DNA of 64,000 bases from a virus (taxonomy: Duplodnaviria; Caudoviricetes). Below the pieces are notes generated by a model, which saw only the letters and a list, made by a program, of their open reading frames with translations, made no database searches and was not told the origin of the DNA. The position numbers and the translations under genes were made by a program. Location: the IMG/VR virus record IMGVR_UViG_3300008113_000041, positions 807 to 64,806 of that record, one strand, 5' to 3'. This document shows positions 40,887 through 49,402 of the stretch, piece after piece (the first letter of the stretch is position 1; the number at the start of each line of letters is the position of its first letter).

Positions 40887-41261
40887 ATGTCGATCCTCGC
40901 TATCATCGCCAAGTCTTCTCTGCTCGTCAAGTTCGACGCGGCTATCGTCAAGGGTGATATCGTCAACCCCGCTACGCGCAAGGTGGACATGCGCTCGGTC
41001 AAGTCCCTCGCGGTCAAGGATGCCACGGTCAAGGGTTCGGACGGTAAGGACTACCCTTTGATGGCGGTCTGCGTCAAGATGCTCGGGGGTAACCCCGTGA
41101 CGGAAGACCTCCGCACCTCTGACTTCGCGGTCAAGGCGGGTGAGGTCATGCGCGAGTACCTCATGGCGGAACGCCCTGACGCGGGCTGGGTTAACGCCAA
41201 CACGGCTAACAAGGCGAACCCGAAGGCTGCGCTCGCTAACCTCGACGCGGTTACCTTCTGA
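40887..41261 (+). CDS. early hypothetical protein (first early gene)
   Basis: AAGGAG RBS; strongly GC3-biased codons. Confidence 0.85.
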   Translation: MSILAIIAKSSLLVKFDAAIVKGDIVNPATRKVDMRSVKSLAVKDATVKGSDGKDYPLMAVCVKMLGGNPVTEDLRTSDFAVKAGEVMREYLMAERPDAGWVNANTANKANPKAALANLDAVTF

Positions 41262-41292
41262 TTCCATCGGGGGGAGGTTACTAACCCCCAAC

Positions 41293-41326
41293 ATAACCCT
41301 TCGCCCTAACGGGTGAGGGGTTATTT
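41293..41326 (+). terminator. hairpin after first early gene (terminator or processing site)
   Basis: ATAACCCTTCGCCC-TAAC-GGGTGAGGGGTTAT then TT. Confidence 0.5.
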
Positions 41327-41367
41327 CCGTTTGGTCATTCGCCTCAAAGTTAAGAGGAGTCGTGGTT

Positions 41368-41694
41368 ATGGTTACCATGTTTAGCGTGTGCGAAGTTAAG
41401 GACGGGGCAGTTAAGGAACTCAACTATCTGCGTTCGCTTAATGAGGCGAAGGCTTATGCCTCGGGTCGTTATGATGGAACCGTTAAGTTCCTTCCATTGT
41501 CCGCTGTGGTTATGTCCGTCACGGGTGACGATCCACGCTTTATGCGGGAGGATGTTTACATTGTCGAGGTTAAGATGACGCAGGATGAGTTGGACGAGCC
41601 TATGGGCGGCAAGGCTGTTCCCGATAGGTTGTACTGGGAGATTGTCGAGTCGTGGGATAAGTTTGAAGCCTCTAACGGAATGGGGGTTAAGTAA
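41368..41694 (+). CDS. early hypothetical protein
   Basis: AAGAGGAG RBS, ATG 41368. Confidence 0.75.
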   Translation: MVTMFSVCEVKDGAVKELNYLRSLNEAKAYASGRYDGTVKFLPLSAVVMSVTGDDPRFMREDVYIVEVKMTQDELDEPMGGKAVPDRLYWEIVESWDKFEASNGMGVK

Positions 41695-41696
41695 TC

Positions 41697-42059
41697 ATGG
41701 GTAAGATCAATCCAGTCATGCTCACCTGCATTAACCAAGCCATCGCTAACGCGAAGGCAACTAGGTCGCGTGAGGCTATTCACGCCGCAGTTATCAGCCT
41801 CGCCCGTAATGCTGGAATCAGTTATGGGGTTGCGGCTAACATCCTGCGGGTTAAGTCGGGCTTGGATACGCCCGATGCGGATGAGGCTCGCGCACTTAAT
41901 GAGCGCGGGGCTTATCTCGGGCAGTATATCACGCCCGTTAAGGATTACAAGCCTATCACGACAGACCCTAACCCGCAGCCAGTTAAGGCGAAGGCGGTTA
42001 AGCCGAAGGTTGTTACCACCGTTACGGTTATCCCGTCTGACCCTAACTTCTTTCTCTGA
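41697..42059 (+). CDS. early basic protein, possible HTH
   Basis: LARNAGISYGVAANILR resembles an HTH; Lys/Pro/Val tail. Confidence 0.7.
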   Translation: MGKINPVMLTCINQAIANAKATRSREAIHAAVISLARNAGISYGVAANILRVKSGLDTPDADEARALNERGAYLGQYITPVKDYKPITTDPNPQPVKAKAVKPKVVTTVTVIPSDPNFFL

Positions 42060-42075
42060 TAAGGAGTCATCAGTT

Positions 42076-42270
42076 ATGAGCGAAGAACTTAAGTCCCTCA
42101 TCCTTGAGAGTCAGACAGATATGATTCTGTCGGGTAGCCTTGAGCCTATCAAGGAAGAGGTTAAGGTGAAGCGGGTTAAGACTGACTACGATCCGCACCG
42201 CGCACCTAACTGGTTCCGCGTTGTGTGGGACGAGGTTATGGCTGACACGGTTGAAGGTCAACTTGGTTAA
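42076..42270 (+). CDS. early hypothetical protein
   Basis: AAGGAG RBS; true start is internal to track ORF 41770. Confidence 0.7.
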   Translation: MSEELKSLILESQTDMILSGSLEPIKEEVKVKRVKTDYDPHRAPNWFRVVWDEVMADTVEGQLG

Positions 42271-42282
42271 GAAAGGAACACC

Positions 42283-42594
42283 ATGATTAACAATCTTGAC
42301 GAGTACAATAAGTGGCAGGCTATGCAGGTTGCTCCTATTGTGAGCCAACTTAATGAGATCACGGGTGTCTTTGATGCGCTTATGCGCGAAGAAGATATGC
42401 CTGCACAGCGTATGATGTTCTTGGTTAGCGCGGCTTGGAAACAGTACGACAAGGTTATCAATGCTGATGGTTATGCCATGTGGTGTAATCATTCAGAGGT
42501 TATTGCCGCGAGGGAAAACCTCTACAATACGCACTTGTCGCTTATGTCTCTCGTTTGTTGCGACGATTATAAGAACAAGCAAGTTTGGGCATAG
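42283..42594 (+). CDS. early hypothetical protein
   Basis: AGAAAGGA RBS. Confidence 0.75.
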   Translation: MINNLDEYNKWQAMQVAPIVSQLNEITGVFDALMREEDMPAQRMMFLVSAAWKQYDKVINADGYAMWCNHSEVIAARENLYNTHLSLMSLVCCDDYKNKQVWA

Positions 42595-42702
42595 TCTATA
42601 TAACAGACTTGTCGAAACACAAGTTATGAGTTATGACTTGTGTCGTATAGGATTGGTTATCCTATGCCTGATGAGACAAACCAAGTTAAGGAGATTTCAA
42701 GT

Positions 42703-42861
42703 ATGAAACTGTTCTTTGTTCGGTACGGGTCTTTCTCTGTCCATGTTATCGCTGCAAATAAGGATGCTGCGGCTATCCTTGCGGTGGATTTGTTTGTGGA
42801 TACAGGACTACCGTTTAACGCCGATGTAGTTGTTGTTACGCTTGTTAAGGACTACAACTAA
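42703..42861 (+). CDS. early hypothetical protein
   Basis: AAGGAG RBS. Confidence 0.65.
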   Translation: MKLFFVRYGSFSVHVIAANKDAAAILAVDLFVDTGLPFNADVVVVTLVKDYN

Positions 42862-42875
42862 AGGAGATTTCAGTT

Positions 42876-43022
42876 ATGCTCGACGGAACAATCGGCCCAA
42901 AGTGGTTGGTTCTAGTTGTCATCAACAACAAGGTTAAGATGGAGTTGTTTAACTCTTTGGTTGAAGTCAACAACTACATGAACACCGTTAAGGGCTATGA
43001 AATCAAGGTCTTCCGCGTCTAA
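42876..43022 (+). CDS. early hypothetical protein, 48 aa (not in ORF track)
   Basis: AAGGAG RBS; MLDGTIGPKWLVLVVINNKVK... Confidence 0.65.
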   Translation: MLDGTIGPKWLVLVVINNKVKMELFNSLVEVNNYMNTVKGYEIKVFRV

Positions 43023-43035
43023 AGGAGATTCAACT

Positions 43036-43416
43036 ATGAGCGAAGCGCGTATCTACGATGCACTTAACAACACGATTAACCTCATTCGTAAGAAGATGGA
43101 AGGTTATCGTGACGATATTGCAGAGTTGCGTAAGGAGAACTACGCTTTGCGTCAGCAAGTTAACACAACAAGCGGTAAGTTTGTTGTTGTTGAAAGACAT
43201 GACAATATGTGTATGTCGATTCCCCTTCATCGGGCATCGGAAAACGGTTATGGGATTGCTACTTTCCCTACCGTTAATGATGGTATCAAGTTTGTGAACA
43301 ATCTTCTTGGTACGGAAGGTATCGTTTGGGAGTTTAAGAGTTCCCAATATGATTCCTTTAAGGCGGTCGGTGTTACCAACGATGGTCGTAAGTTTGCGGT
43401 TGTGTTCTGCAACTAA
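43036..43416 (+). CDS. early hypothetical protein
   Basis: AAGGAG RBS; N-terminal coiled coil. Confidence 0.75.
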   Translation: MSEARIYDALNNTINLIRKKMEGYRDDIAELRKENYALRQQVNTTSGKFVVVERHDNMCMSIPLHRASENGYGIATFPTVNDGIKFVNNLLGTEGIVWEFKSSQYDSFKAVGVTNDGRKFAVVFCN

Positions 43417-43422
43417 GGAGTA

Positions 43423-43689
43423 ATGACTATGCGTGATCGTGCATGGCGGCGAGAGCAAGCTCGGAAGCATAAGCGGCGCAATCTTAAGGCTTGTCGGGAT
43501 ATCTTCCCGAAGGCTGTGGGTTCGCTCAATGATGTTTCAGAGTATCTTCGTAACGATACGGGATTCTCTGGTAACTTTGCGGCGGGTATGGAATCGCCGT
43601 TTGGCAAGGAACGGTTGAGCGAGAAGGAACCATACCTTCGATATAAGAAGGCGCGAGAAATCCCGATGGAGGATAACACCAATGGGTAA
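43423..43689 (+). CDS. early hypothetical protein
   Basis: AAGGAG RBS. Confidence 0.65.
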   Translation: MTMRDRAWRREQARKHKRRNLKACRDIFPKAVGSLNDVSEYLRNDTGFSGNFAAGMESPFGKERLSEKEPYLRYKKAREIPMEDNTNG

Positions 43690-43787
43690 GAACACCAAGT
43701 TTGGTAGTCGTGGTCTGGACGCATGGTATTATGCCATGTGGGTTGTGTTCATCATTGTTGTCGTGGTCACCATTAAGGAGGGAATGT

Positions 43788-44024
43788 ATGCTGCGTGAGC
43801 ATTCGAGTCGCCTTATTGTTGTAAGGTCTGATCGTTACCGTCCTGGTTGTGAGCCTACCCGTAATGGGTTTAAGGCTTATGCCAAGCGTATGACGGACGA
43901 GCGTAATCACCGTTTGGCTGTGGTTCATGCCGTTATCAATGGCTTGCCTATTCCTACGAATAATACGGCAAAGTCTAAGGGTTCTTCGATTAAGGTGGAT
44001 ATCTCTAACGAGGTGACATTCTAA
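43788..44024 (+). CDS. early hypothetical protein
   Basis: AAGGAGG RBS; coupled to next gene. Confidence 0.6.
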   Translation: MLREHSSRLIVVRSDRYRPGCEPTRNGFKAYAKRMTDERNHRLAVVHAVINGLPIPTNNTAKSKGSSIKVDISNEVTF

Positions 44025-44350
44025 TGAGCAAGGTTGAAACTGTGTTTCTTGTTAAGAACTGCTGCGGTATGATTCTTTCCGTTAATACGGAACGAGTAAG
44101 CATTCAAAAGCATTACTGTGAGACTTGTGGTGATAGGTCTTATCGCCAATATAAGTGTCACTTGGTTAGAGCAGATGTTGATAAGCCTGTTTCGGCTTAT
44201 GGTGCTAACCTTCTTGGTCTTGGCGTTGACTTCTCTACCATTAGAGAGATTGATGCTATTGGAGCAGAGGGTGTTTATCTTGTGCCTCATGTGTTTGGTT
44301 TTAGACTTGACACTTGTCAGGGTGATATTTGGGGAAGGGAGGTTGCCTAA
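44024..44350 (+). CDS. early hypothetical protein, possible Zn-binding
   Basis: CC..CETC; TAATG coupling. Confidence 0.65.
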   Translation: MSKVETVFLVKNCCGMILSVNTERVSIQKHYCETCGDRSYRQYKCHLVRADVDKPVSAYGANLLGLGVDFSTIREIDAIGAEGVYLVPHVFGFRLDTCQGDIWGREVA

Positions 44351-44553
44351 TGTATCTTAAGGGTTCTTTGATTGATCCACCTTCGGGATGGAAGTACGGT
44401 TTTCCAAAGGAACTTGACCGCGATCTGGTTACAGGTCGTGAACTACGGGAATGGGTCATTGCTAATGGATATCCATACGAAGTTATGGTTTCCTTTCGTA
44501 ATAACTTTCCGATTAGGATTATTGCTAATGTTAAGGAAAACAACAATGGATGA
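44350..44553 (+). CDS. early hypothetical protein
   Basis: IDPPSGWKYGFPK..W...NGYP; GGAGG RBS. Confidence 0.7.
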   Translation: MYLKGSLIDPPSGWKYGFPKELDRDLVTGRELREWVIANGYPYEVMVSFRNNFPIRIIANVKENNNG

Positions 44554-44707
44554 AAAAGAAAAGTGTACCTGTTGTCATTGTGATCGGGTGTATTATAACA
44601 CACCTGATAACTATTCGTGGAATATGTGCCACGATTGTTGTGATATTTGGTTTGCTTTTGGTTGTCCGATTGAAGGTTAATCCCTAACTTTTTTCAAGGA
44701 GATTGTT

Positions 44708-44896
44708 ATGTCCATCACCGAAAAGCTTGCCTTCACTTATATCTTTGCCGTTGGTCTTGCTCTGATTGTGTTTACTCGGGTTAACTGGGAGTGGGAGAAC
44801 GCCGCACTAGTTGTCTTTGGTGTGGTTAACATTCTGTTTGTTGTCTACTTTGCGTTTGGTCTTGATCGTATTAAGGTTTCCATTACTAAGGAGTAA
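44708..44896 (+). CDS. early two-TM membrane protein
   Basis: Two hydrophobic helices; AAGGAG RBS. Confidence 0.7.
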   Translation: MSITEKLAFTYIFAVGLALIVFTRVNWEWENAALVVFGVVNILFVVYFAFGLDRIKVSITKE

Positions 44897-44973
44897 TATG
44901 TTTAAGAAGCACAAGCCAGCGCGTTGGGTTTATGTTTCTTTTGTTAACTGGGATTATGATGACGAGGAGGACT

Positions 44974-45183
44974 ATGAGATGTTCTGATTGTGGTAATAAT
45001 ATACCACAAGAAAGACTTGACTTTTTTCCTGACATAACTTATTGTGTTGGTTGTGCTGACAAGCATGAACCAATCAAGATATGCAGGATTATCTATCCCC
45101 ATAAGACAGGCGGGGAACTCTTTGTGGCTGAAGGTAAGCAGAACATTGATAGGCTTAACGCCGAATATAGGAGATCACGCTGA
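44974..45183 (+). CDS. DksA/TraR-type C4 zinc-finger protein
   Basis: CSDCGNNIPQERL..P..YCVGC. Confidence 0.8.
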   Translation: MRCSDCGNNIPQERLDFFPDITYCVGCADKHEPIKICRIIYPHKTGGELFVAEGKQNIDRLNAEYRRSR

Positions 45184-45530
45184 TGCTTGTTGAGATTGTT
45201 CGTTTTGTTTCTGACATTGAAGACTATGGTGCTAAGGATTGGAGCATTAGGTTTACCGTGGAACACGAATGCAAGTATCAGCTTCTTCGTAATAAGATTA
45301 ACGATAGGCTCGAAAGAGACTATGGTATGTCTGTTTTCCGTTTGTCTTGGCGTGAGGAAGATATCTCTGGTCAAGGTATGGGTTGTAAGCAATCACCTGT
45401 ACTGCATATAACTTTCTCTAGTTACATGGAGATTAAGGAATTCTTTGATGCTCATGGCAGTTTTCCTGCTTGGGTTTATGAACTTCGTAATCGTATTGAA
45501 GGTGTAGAAAAGGAGAATGGACATGGTTGA
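45183..45530 (+). CDS. hypothetical protein
   Basis: AGGAG RBS; TGATG coupling. Confidence 0.7.
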   Translation: MLVEIVRFVSDIEDYGAKDWSIRFTVEHECKYQLLRNKINDRLERDYGMSVFRLSWREEDISGQGMGCKQSPVLHITFSSYMEIKEFFDAHGSFPAWVYELRNRIEGVEKENGHG

Positions 45531-45738
45531 AGGATATGAGATGGACTTTTTGCCTGATGGTGAATGTGGTATCTCTGATTGTATCCATGCTATTAAGCAT
45601 GGGTTTTATCGCAATCTAGATGTTGCTGTGATGACAGCAAGCAACTGCATATGCTCTGGTCTTTATCTTTCGGATGATGAAGAAGAGTTTCTTATTCGTT
45701 TTCTTTTTAACGCAACAGGAGTACGCTATGGGTCTTGA
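45517..45738 (+). CDS. hypothetical protein
   Basis: AAGGAG RBS. Confidence 0.6.
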   Translation: MDMVEGYEMDFLPDGECGISDCIHAIKHGFYRNLDVAVMTASNCICSGLYLSDDEEEFLIRFLFNATGVRYGS

Positions 45739-46099
45739 TACTTATGCAATGTTTCCTAAGCAACACGAATCTTATGTGGAGGGTGGTATTAATACACTTC
45801 CAGATGATTGGTTTAATCATACCTTGTGTGCGGGTATGTTAAGTGGAGATGGTTCATCGTTTCGTGGTAAGGTGTACAATGATTATGTACACTTTGTAAC
45901 TGGTGAATCGTTGTATCAGGAAGAGATTCCCGTTGAGCGGGTTAAGCGTATGGCAGAGATGCTAGCAAAGCCTGACGCATTTGATAAGTATCAACGGGCT
46001 AGGCATGATCCTTATATCACAGAAGACCAAGCGGTGATGTTAGCCGAATGGTTTAAGGTTGTAGCAGATAACGATTCTGTGGTTGTTGGTTGGTGGTAA
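45728..46099 (+). CDS. hypothetical protein
   Basis: MGLDTYA start after AGGAG. Confidence 0.75.
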   Translation: MGLDTYAMFPKQHESYVEGGINTLPDDWFNHTLCAGMLSGDGSSFRGKVYNDYVHFVTGESLYQEEIPVERVKRMAEMLAKPDAFDKYQRARHDPYITEDQAVMLAEWFKVVADNDSVVVGWW

Positions 46100-46119
46100 T
46101 TAAACAAGGAGATACGACA

Positions 46120-46440
46120 ATGAGTGATACCGATAACAGTGTTGATGGTTCTGATTTTGTTAGCGAGGATAAGGCTGCGTTTGCTAAGTTTGCTGCTTTT
46201 ATTCCTGCCTCGTATTACCCTATGGAGGGTTTCCGTATTGGTTATCGTGCGCGTATGGCAGGTAAGCCTATGGTGCATGAGCCGTACTATATGACGGAAG
46301 CGGATATTAGTACCCTTCCTGAGTATTGGGGTGTTTGGTACGATGATTATCGTCGTGGTTATGAGTCTGCTGATAATCTTCTTCAGGAAAGTGAAGCACT
46401 TATTGTTAAGAATGGAACCCTTTACAATGCATGGATTTAA
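46120..46440 (+). CDS. hypothetical protein
   Basis: AAGGAG RBS. Confidence 0.7.
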   Translation: MSDTDNSVDGSDFVSEDKAAFAKFAAFIPASYYPMEGFRIGYRARMAGKPMVHEPYYMTEADISTLPEYWGVWYDDYRRGYESADNLLQESEALIVKNGTLYNAWI

Positions 46441-46601
46441 TAAAGGTTTGATTGTACAAGAAGACATCTTTAATGATGGTCTTTGGTTTAGTGTTTATGA
46501 TGGCGACTCTCTTATTGAATCCTTTCGCTTTAGAGATGATGCCGAAGCCTATCTATCCTTTCTTGAAAGGGCTGATCACTTTGAGGATCACTACCTGTAA
46601 G

Positions 46602-46614
46602 TTGGGGCTATAGA
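46602..46614 (+). promoter_or_regulatory. putative phage RNAP promoter upstream of tRNA region
   Basis: Exact TTGGGGCTATAGA, intergenic. Confidence 0.8.
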
Positions 46615-46660
46615 TAATCGCTCTGGAGGGATGCGTATTCCATACAATAACGCATACTAT

Positions 46661-46738
46661 GGTAGGGTGCCTGATAGATTTGGTAAAAGGTCGTGACTTA
46701 TAATCGCGCTCATGTGGGTTCGACTCCCACCCCTACTA
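46661..46738 (+). tRNA. tRNA-Ile(UAU)
   Basis: Acceptor GGTAGGG/CCCTACT, anticodon arm CGTGA-CTTATAA-TCGCG, T arm GTGGG-TTCGACT-CCCAC; no encoded CCA. Confidence 0.85.
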
Positions 46739-46741
46739 CTT

Positions 46742-46921
46742 ATGACTAATGAAGAAAAACTGAAACAATTTATTGAGAGTTGGTATATCTTTATGGTAGA
46801 CTATGATGGTTACTATGATAAGGAGACTAAAAAGATAGATAAAGAAGGTATTATCAGTCTTATTGATGAGTTCGTTGATGGCGCAAAGAATATCCTAAAG
46901 GAGACAAACAATGAGCAATAA
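46742..46921 (+). CDS. hypothetical protein
   Basis: ATG just after tRNA; no clear RBS. Confidence 0.5.
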   Translation: MTNEEKLKQFIESWYIFMVDYDGYYDKETKKIDKEGIISLIDEFVDGAKNILKETNNEQ

Positions 46922-47258
46922 GGTTACTGTTGATTCTTTTAATGCGTTTATGTCTATGCTTCCGAAGCGAAGCAGTATGGATATCCGTCCCATGATTAAG
47001 TTTGGTTCTAATGATAATAGCTTGAAGCTTAGTATTCAAGCATCTGAGTTTCACTATAGTAGTCCTAGGCTTAATAACTTGAATAACTACACTCATTATG
47101 AGGTTGGTTTTCCATCTAGTGTAGAGCCTATGCTTATGCCTTACATAGAGGTTGAGGGAGACAATCCAACAGAAACTGTTTATCCTTATGTTCCTGTGGA
47201 AGTTATTGTTGATATCGCAAATAAGTATGGTGGAACAATGGAGGTGTGGGATGCGTAA
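46911..47258 (+). CDS. hypothetical protein
   Basis: LSIQASEFHYSSPR..YEVGFPS..VYPYVP; AAGGAG RBS. Confidence 0.8.
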   Translation: MSNKVTVDSFNAFMSMLPKRSSMDIRPMIKFGSNDNSLKLSIQASEFHYSSPRLNNLNNYTHYEVGFPSSVEPMLMPYIEVEGDNPTETVYPYVPVEVIVDIANKYGGTMEVWDA

Positions 47259-47556
47259 GATTGAACAAGAAATGATTCATGCTTTTATTAATCGTGGTAC
47301 TAAGAAGAATAAGAACGACCATGTAGTTACTAGTTGGGGAACTACAGCGTGGTATTATAGAGGCAATCTTATTGCTGTACTTAAGGGTGATTCTTATTGT
47401 CAGATTAATGATGCTACTTGGCGATCAAAGACTACAAAGAGTAGATTGAATGCTATTCTTTATACACTTAAGCCAGACACACGCATCTCTCAAAAGGATT
47501 ATACTTGGTACATTAACGATAAGGTTTGGCAAGGTAGTCTTGGCTTTTATTACTAG
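47251..47556 (+). CDS. hypothetical protein
   Basis: MRKIEQEM..W.SKTTKSRLNAIL; GGAGG RBS. Confidence 0.8.
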   Translation: MRKIEQEMIHAFINRGTKKNKNDHVVTSWGTTAWYYRGNLIAVLKGDSYCQINDATWRSKTTKSRLNAILYTLKPDTRISQKDYTWYINDKVWQGSLGFYY

Positions 47557-47564
47557 GAGAATAT

Positions 47565-47789
47565 ATGGAAGACGAACGGTTTGATGTGTTTACTCCTGCT
47601 ACTATAAACTATGAAGTGCTTGCTTGGCAACGAGAGTTTGTTTATGAAGCACTTAAGGAAGTAGATAGAGATAAGCAACACATAAAGTATCGTACTTTAT
47701 CTGGGCTTGTTGCTATGCTTGATGGTATTCAGGATCGTCGTTTGATTGTTTACTATTGTGGTCCCGCTGAGAATAGTTGTTACTACTAA
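47565..47789 (+). CDS. hypothetical protein
   Basis: AGGAG RBS. Confidence 0.65.
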   Translation: MEDERFDVFTPATINYEVLAWQREFVYEALKEVDRDKQHIKYRTLSGLVAMLDGIQDRRLIVYYCGPAENSCYY

Positions 47790-47796
47790 AAGGAGA

Positions 47797-48237
47797 ATGT
47801 TTATGGATTATATTTTTGCTGCTGGTATTGCCTGTATTACTGCTACCGTATCGTGGGCTGTAACTGATTACTTTTATAATCGTAAGATTGAAGACTTTAA
47901 GAAGCGTCTAGATAATATTGATCGTATTATTGATACTCATGTTGATTCTAGTAATCGTTTCTTTGCAACAAAGGCACAACTTAATTGTCTTGAAGAGCGT
48001 ATTAGTCTTGTTGCTCGACATGAAAAGGATAGTTTTGAGTGTGTTGCTAACCTTAGTCGAAAGATTAATGAGGTTACTCAACGCTGCAATGCTATGCAGG
48101 ATACTCTTAATCTCATCAAACCTTTGACTTCTTTTATTCGTGCAAAGGATGCAACCGAAAAGACAGGAAATAGCCATAAGCTTAATGTTGCTAGGACTAA
48201 GGAACTTAAGAAGGCTGCCGCTGATCTGATTGGTTAA
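47797..48237 (+). CDS. membrane-anchored coiled-coil protein
   Basis: N-terminal hydrophobic helix, coiled coil; AAGGAG RBS. Confidence 0.7.
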   Translation: MFMDYIFAAGIACITATVSWAVTDYFYNRKIEDFKKRLDNIDRIIDTHVDSSNRFFATKAQLNCLEERISLVARHEKDSFECVANLSRKINEVTQRCNAMQDTLNLIKPLTSFIRAKDATEKTGNSHKLNVARTKELKKAAADLIG

Positions 48238-48269
48238 TACATATAGGCTACTGTAATAGGTAGCCAACT

Positions 48270-48353
48270 GGTTTCATGGCGGAACAGGCAGACGCAACAG
48301 ACTTAAAATCTGTCGATCTTATGATCGTGAGGGTTCGATTCCCTCTGAAACCA
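48270..48353 (+). tRNA. tRNA-Leu(UAA)
   Basis: GGTTTCA/TGAAACC acceptor, ACAGA-CTTAAAA-TCTGT, long variable arm, GAGGG-TTCGATT-CCCTC. Confidence 0.95.
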
Positions 48354-48374
48354 CTAACAGAAAGGAGATAGAGT

Positions 48375-48587
48375 ATGAAGGAAATCACTGTGTTTACTGT
48401 GTGTAAGACGGTTCGTGGTGAAACTTGGTCTATTAAAGCGGAGGATGATATTCATGTAAAAGAAATCCTTGTGGAACTTATAAACGATCCTGATAATATG
48501 TTTAAGCAAAACTACCAACTCATTGATTCCGAAGACTTTGATACCGAAGAGTTTAAGATTGAAAGGATTGATATTAACAATGCCTAA
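48375..48587 (+). CDS. hypothetical acidic protein
   Basis: AAAGGAG RBS. Confidence 0.65.
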   Translation: MKEITVFTVCKTVRGETWSIKAEDDIHVKEILVELINDPDNMFKQNYQLIDSEDFDTEEFKIERIDINNA

Positions 48588-49083
48588 CTGGTGCATGAAC
48601 GAACTAACTATTAGTGGTCCTCGTAAGGCAGTAGCAGAATTTCTTAATGATGCTGGATATAATGAAGGTTGCTTTTCTTTTGGTCGCCTTCGTCCTATTC
48701 CTCAAGACTTGCTTGATATTCATTATGGTTCTGTCTTTGTAGGTGAAGTTCAGTATACTTGGTGGCGTGAAAAGGATGGTGTTGTTACTCCACTTAGTAA
48801 TGAAGAGATTGATGAACTCACTAAAAAGTATGGAACTTGTGATGCTTATCATTGGTGTATTTCTAACTGGGGAACCAAGTGGGATTGTTGTAATCTAGAC
48901 TATCTTTCTGATGGTTTTAGGGATGGTGATGACTATCCTTATGTTGAGCTTATGTTTGAAACTGCTTGGGGTCCACCAGATGTTCTTTATGATTATCTGA
49001 TTCAACAGTATCCTGAAGTTTGTCTTGATTGGTTTTATAAGGAACCAGGTTGTCGTATGGCGGGTTGGTTAGGAGATGAGTAA
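48580..49083 (+). CDS. Api92/YubB (DUF1281)-like ferredoxin-fold protein
   Basis: MPNWC.N.L, NWGTKWD, FETAWGPP motifs. Confidence 0.8.
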   Translation: MPNWCMNELTISGPRKAVAEFLNDAGYNEGCFSFGRLRPIPQDLLDIHYGSVFVGEVQYTWWREKDGVVTPLSNEEIDELTKKYGTCDAYHWCISNWGTKWDCCNLDYLSDGFRDGDDYPYVELMFETAWGPPDVLYDYLIQQYPEVCLDWFYKEPGCRMAGWLGDE

Positions 49084-49124
49084 TGGATTTGGAAGACGAT
49101 ACACATCTAACAAAGGAGAGTAAA

Positions 49125-49385
49125 ATGACAGCGCAAGAAGTTATTAATGTTCCCATTATGGTTTCGCCAGAGATCTATAATCAGGTTGCTGATCTGGTTA
49201 TTTCTAAGATTGAAACGAATCCTGCATTTATTAATATGATTGATGCCAAGATTGATTCTTGGATGGATCGTAATTTTGATATCAATGATTATGATGTCGA
49301 TGGTATTCGGGATGATATCCTTGACGCGGTTCGGTATGATCTTCGTAATAGCATTCGTGCTGAAGTTGAAATTTTTGTTGACTAA
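49125..49385 (+). CDS. hypothetical acidic protein
   Basis: AAGGAG RBS before ATG 49125 (alternative start 49083). Confidence 0.65.
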   Translation: MTAQEVINVPIMVSPEIYNQVADLVISKIETNPAFINMIDAKIDSWMDRNFDINDYDVDGIRDDILDAVRYDLRNSIRAEVEIFVD

Positions 49386-49402
49386 CTAAAGGAGATATAA
49401 CA

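Larger units (their letters stand above)
40870..42560. repeat. phased ~14.7-bp degenerate motif lattice (NNTANN, commonly GTTAAG/GTCAAG/GCTAAC/GTTATG)
   Basis: Motif starts read at 15-nt steps over long runs; see top finding. Confidence 0.85.

Noticed and set aside
40857-42492. Long minus-strand ORFs (40857-41423, 41556-42101, 42070-42492)
   Set aside because: Shadows of GC3-rich plus-strand genes that have clear RBSs
40870-42560. CRISPR array or tandem repeat as the explanation of the 15-nt periodicity
   Set aside because: The recurring core is only ~6 degenerate nt, there are no 23-50-nt repeats or cas genes, and intervening bases are unrelated
42041-44700. CCCTAACTTYTTT at ~42041 and ~44682
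   Set aside because: Only two short, low-complexity copies; insufficient evidence
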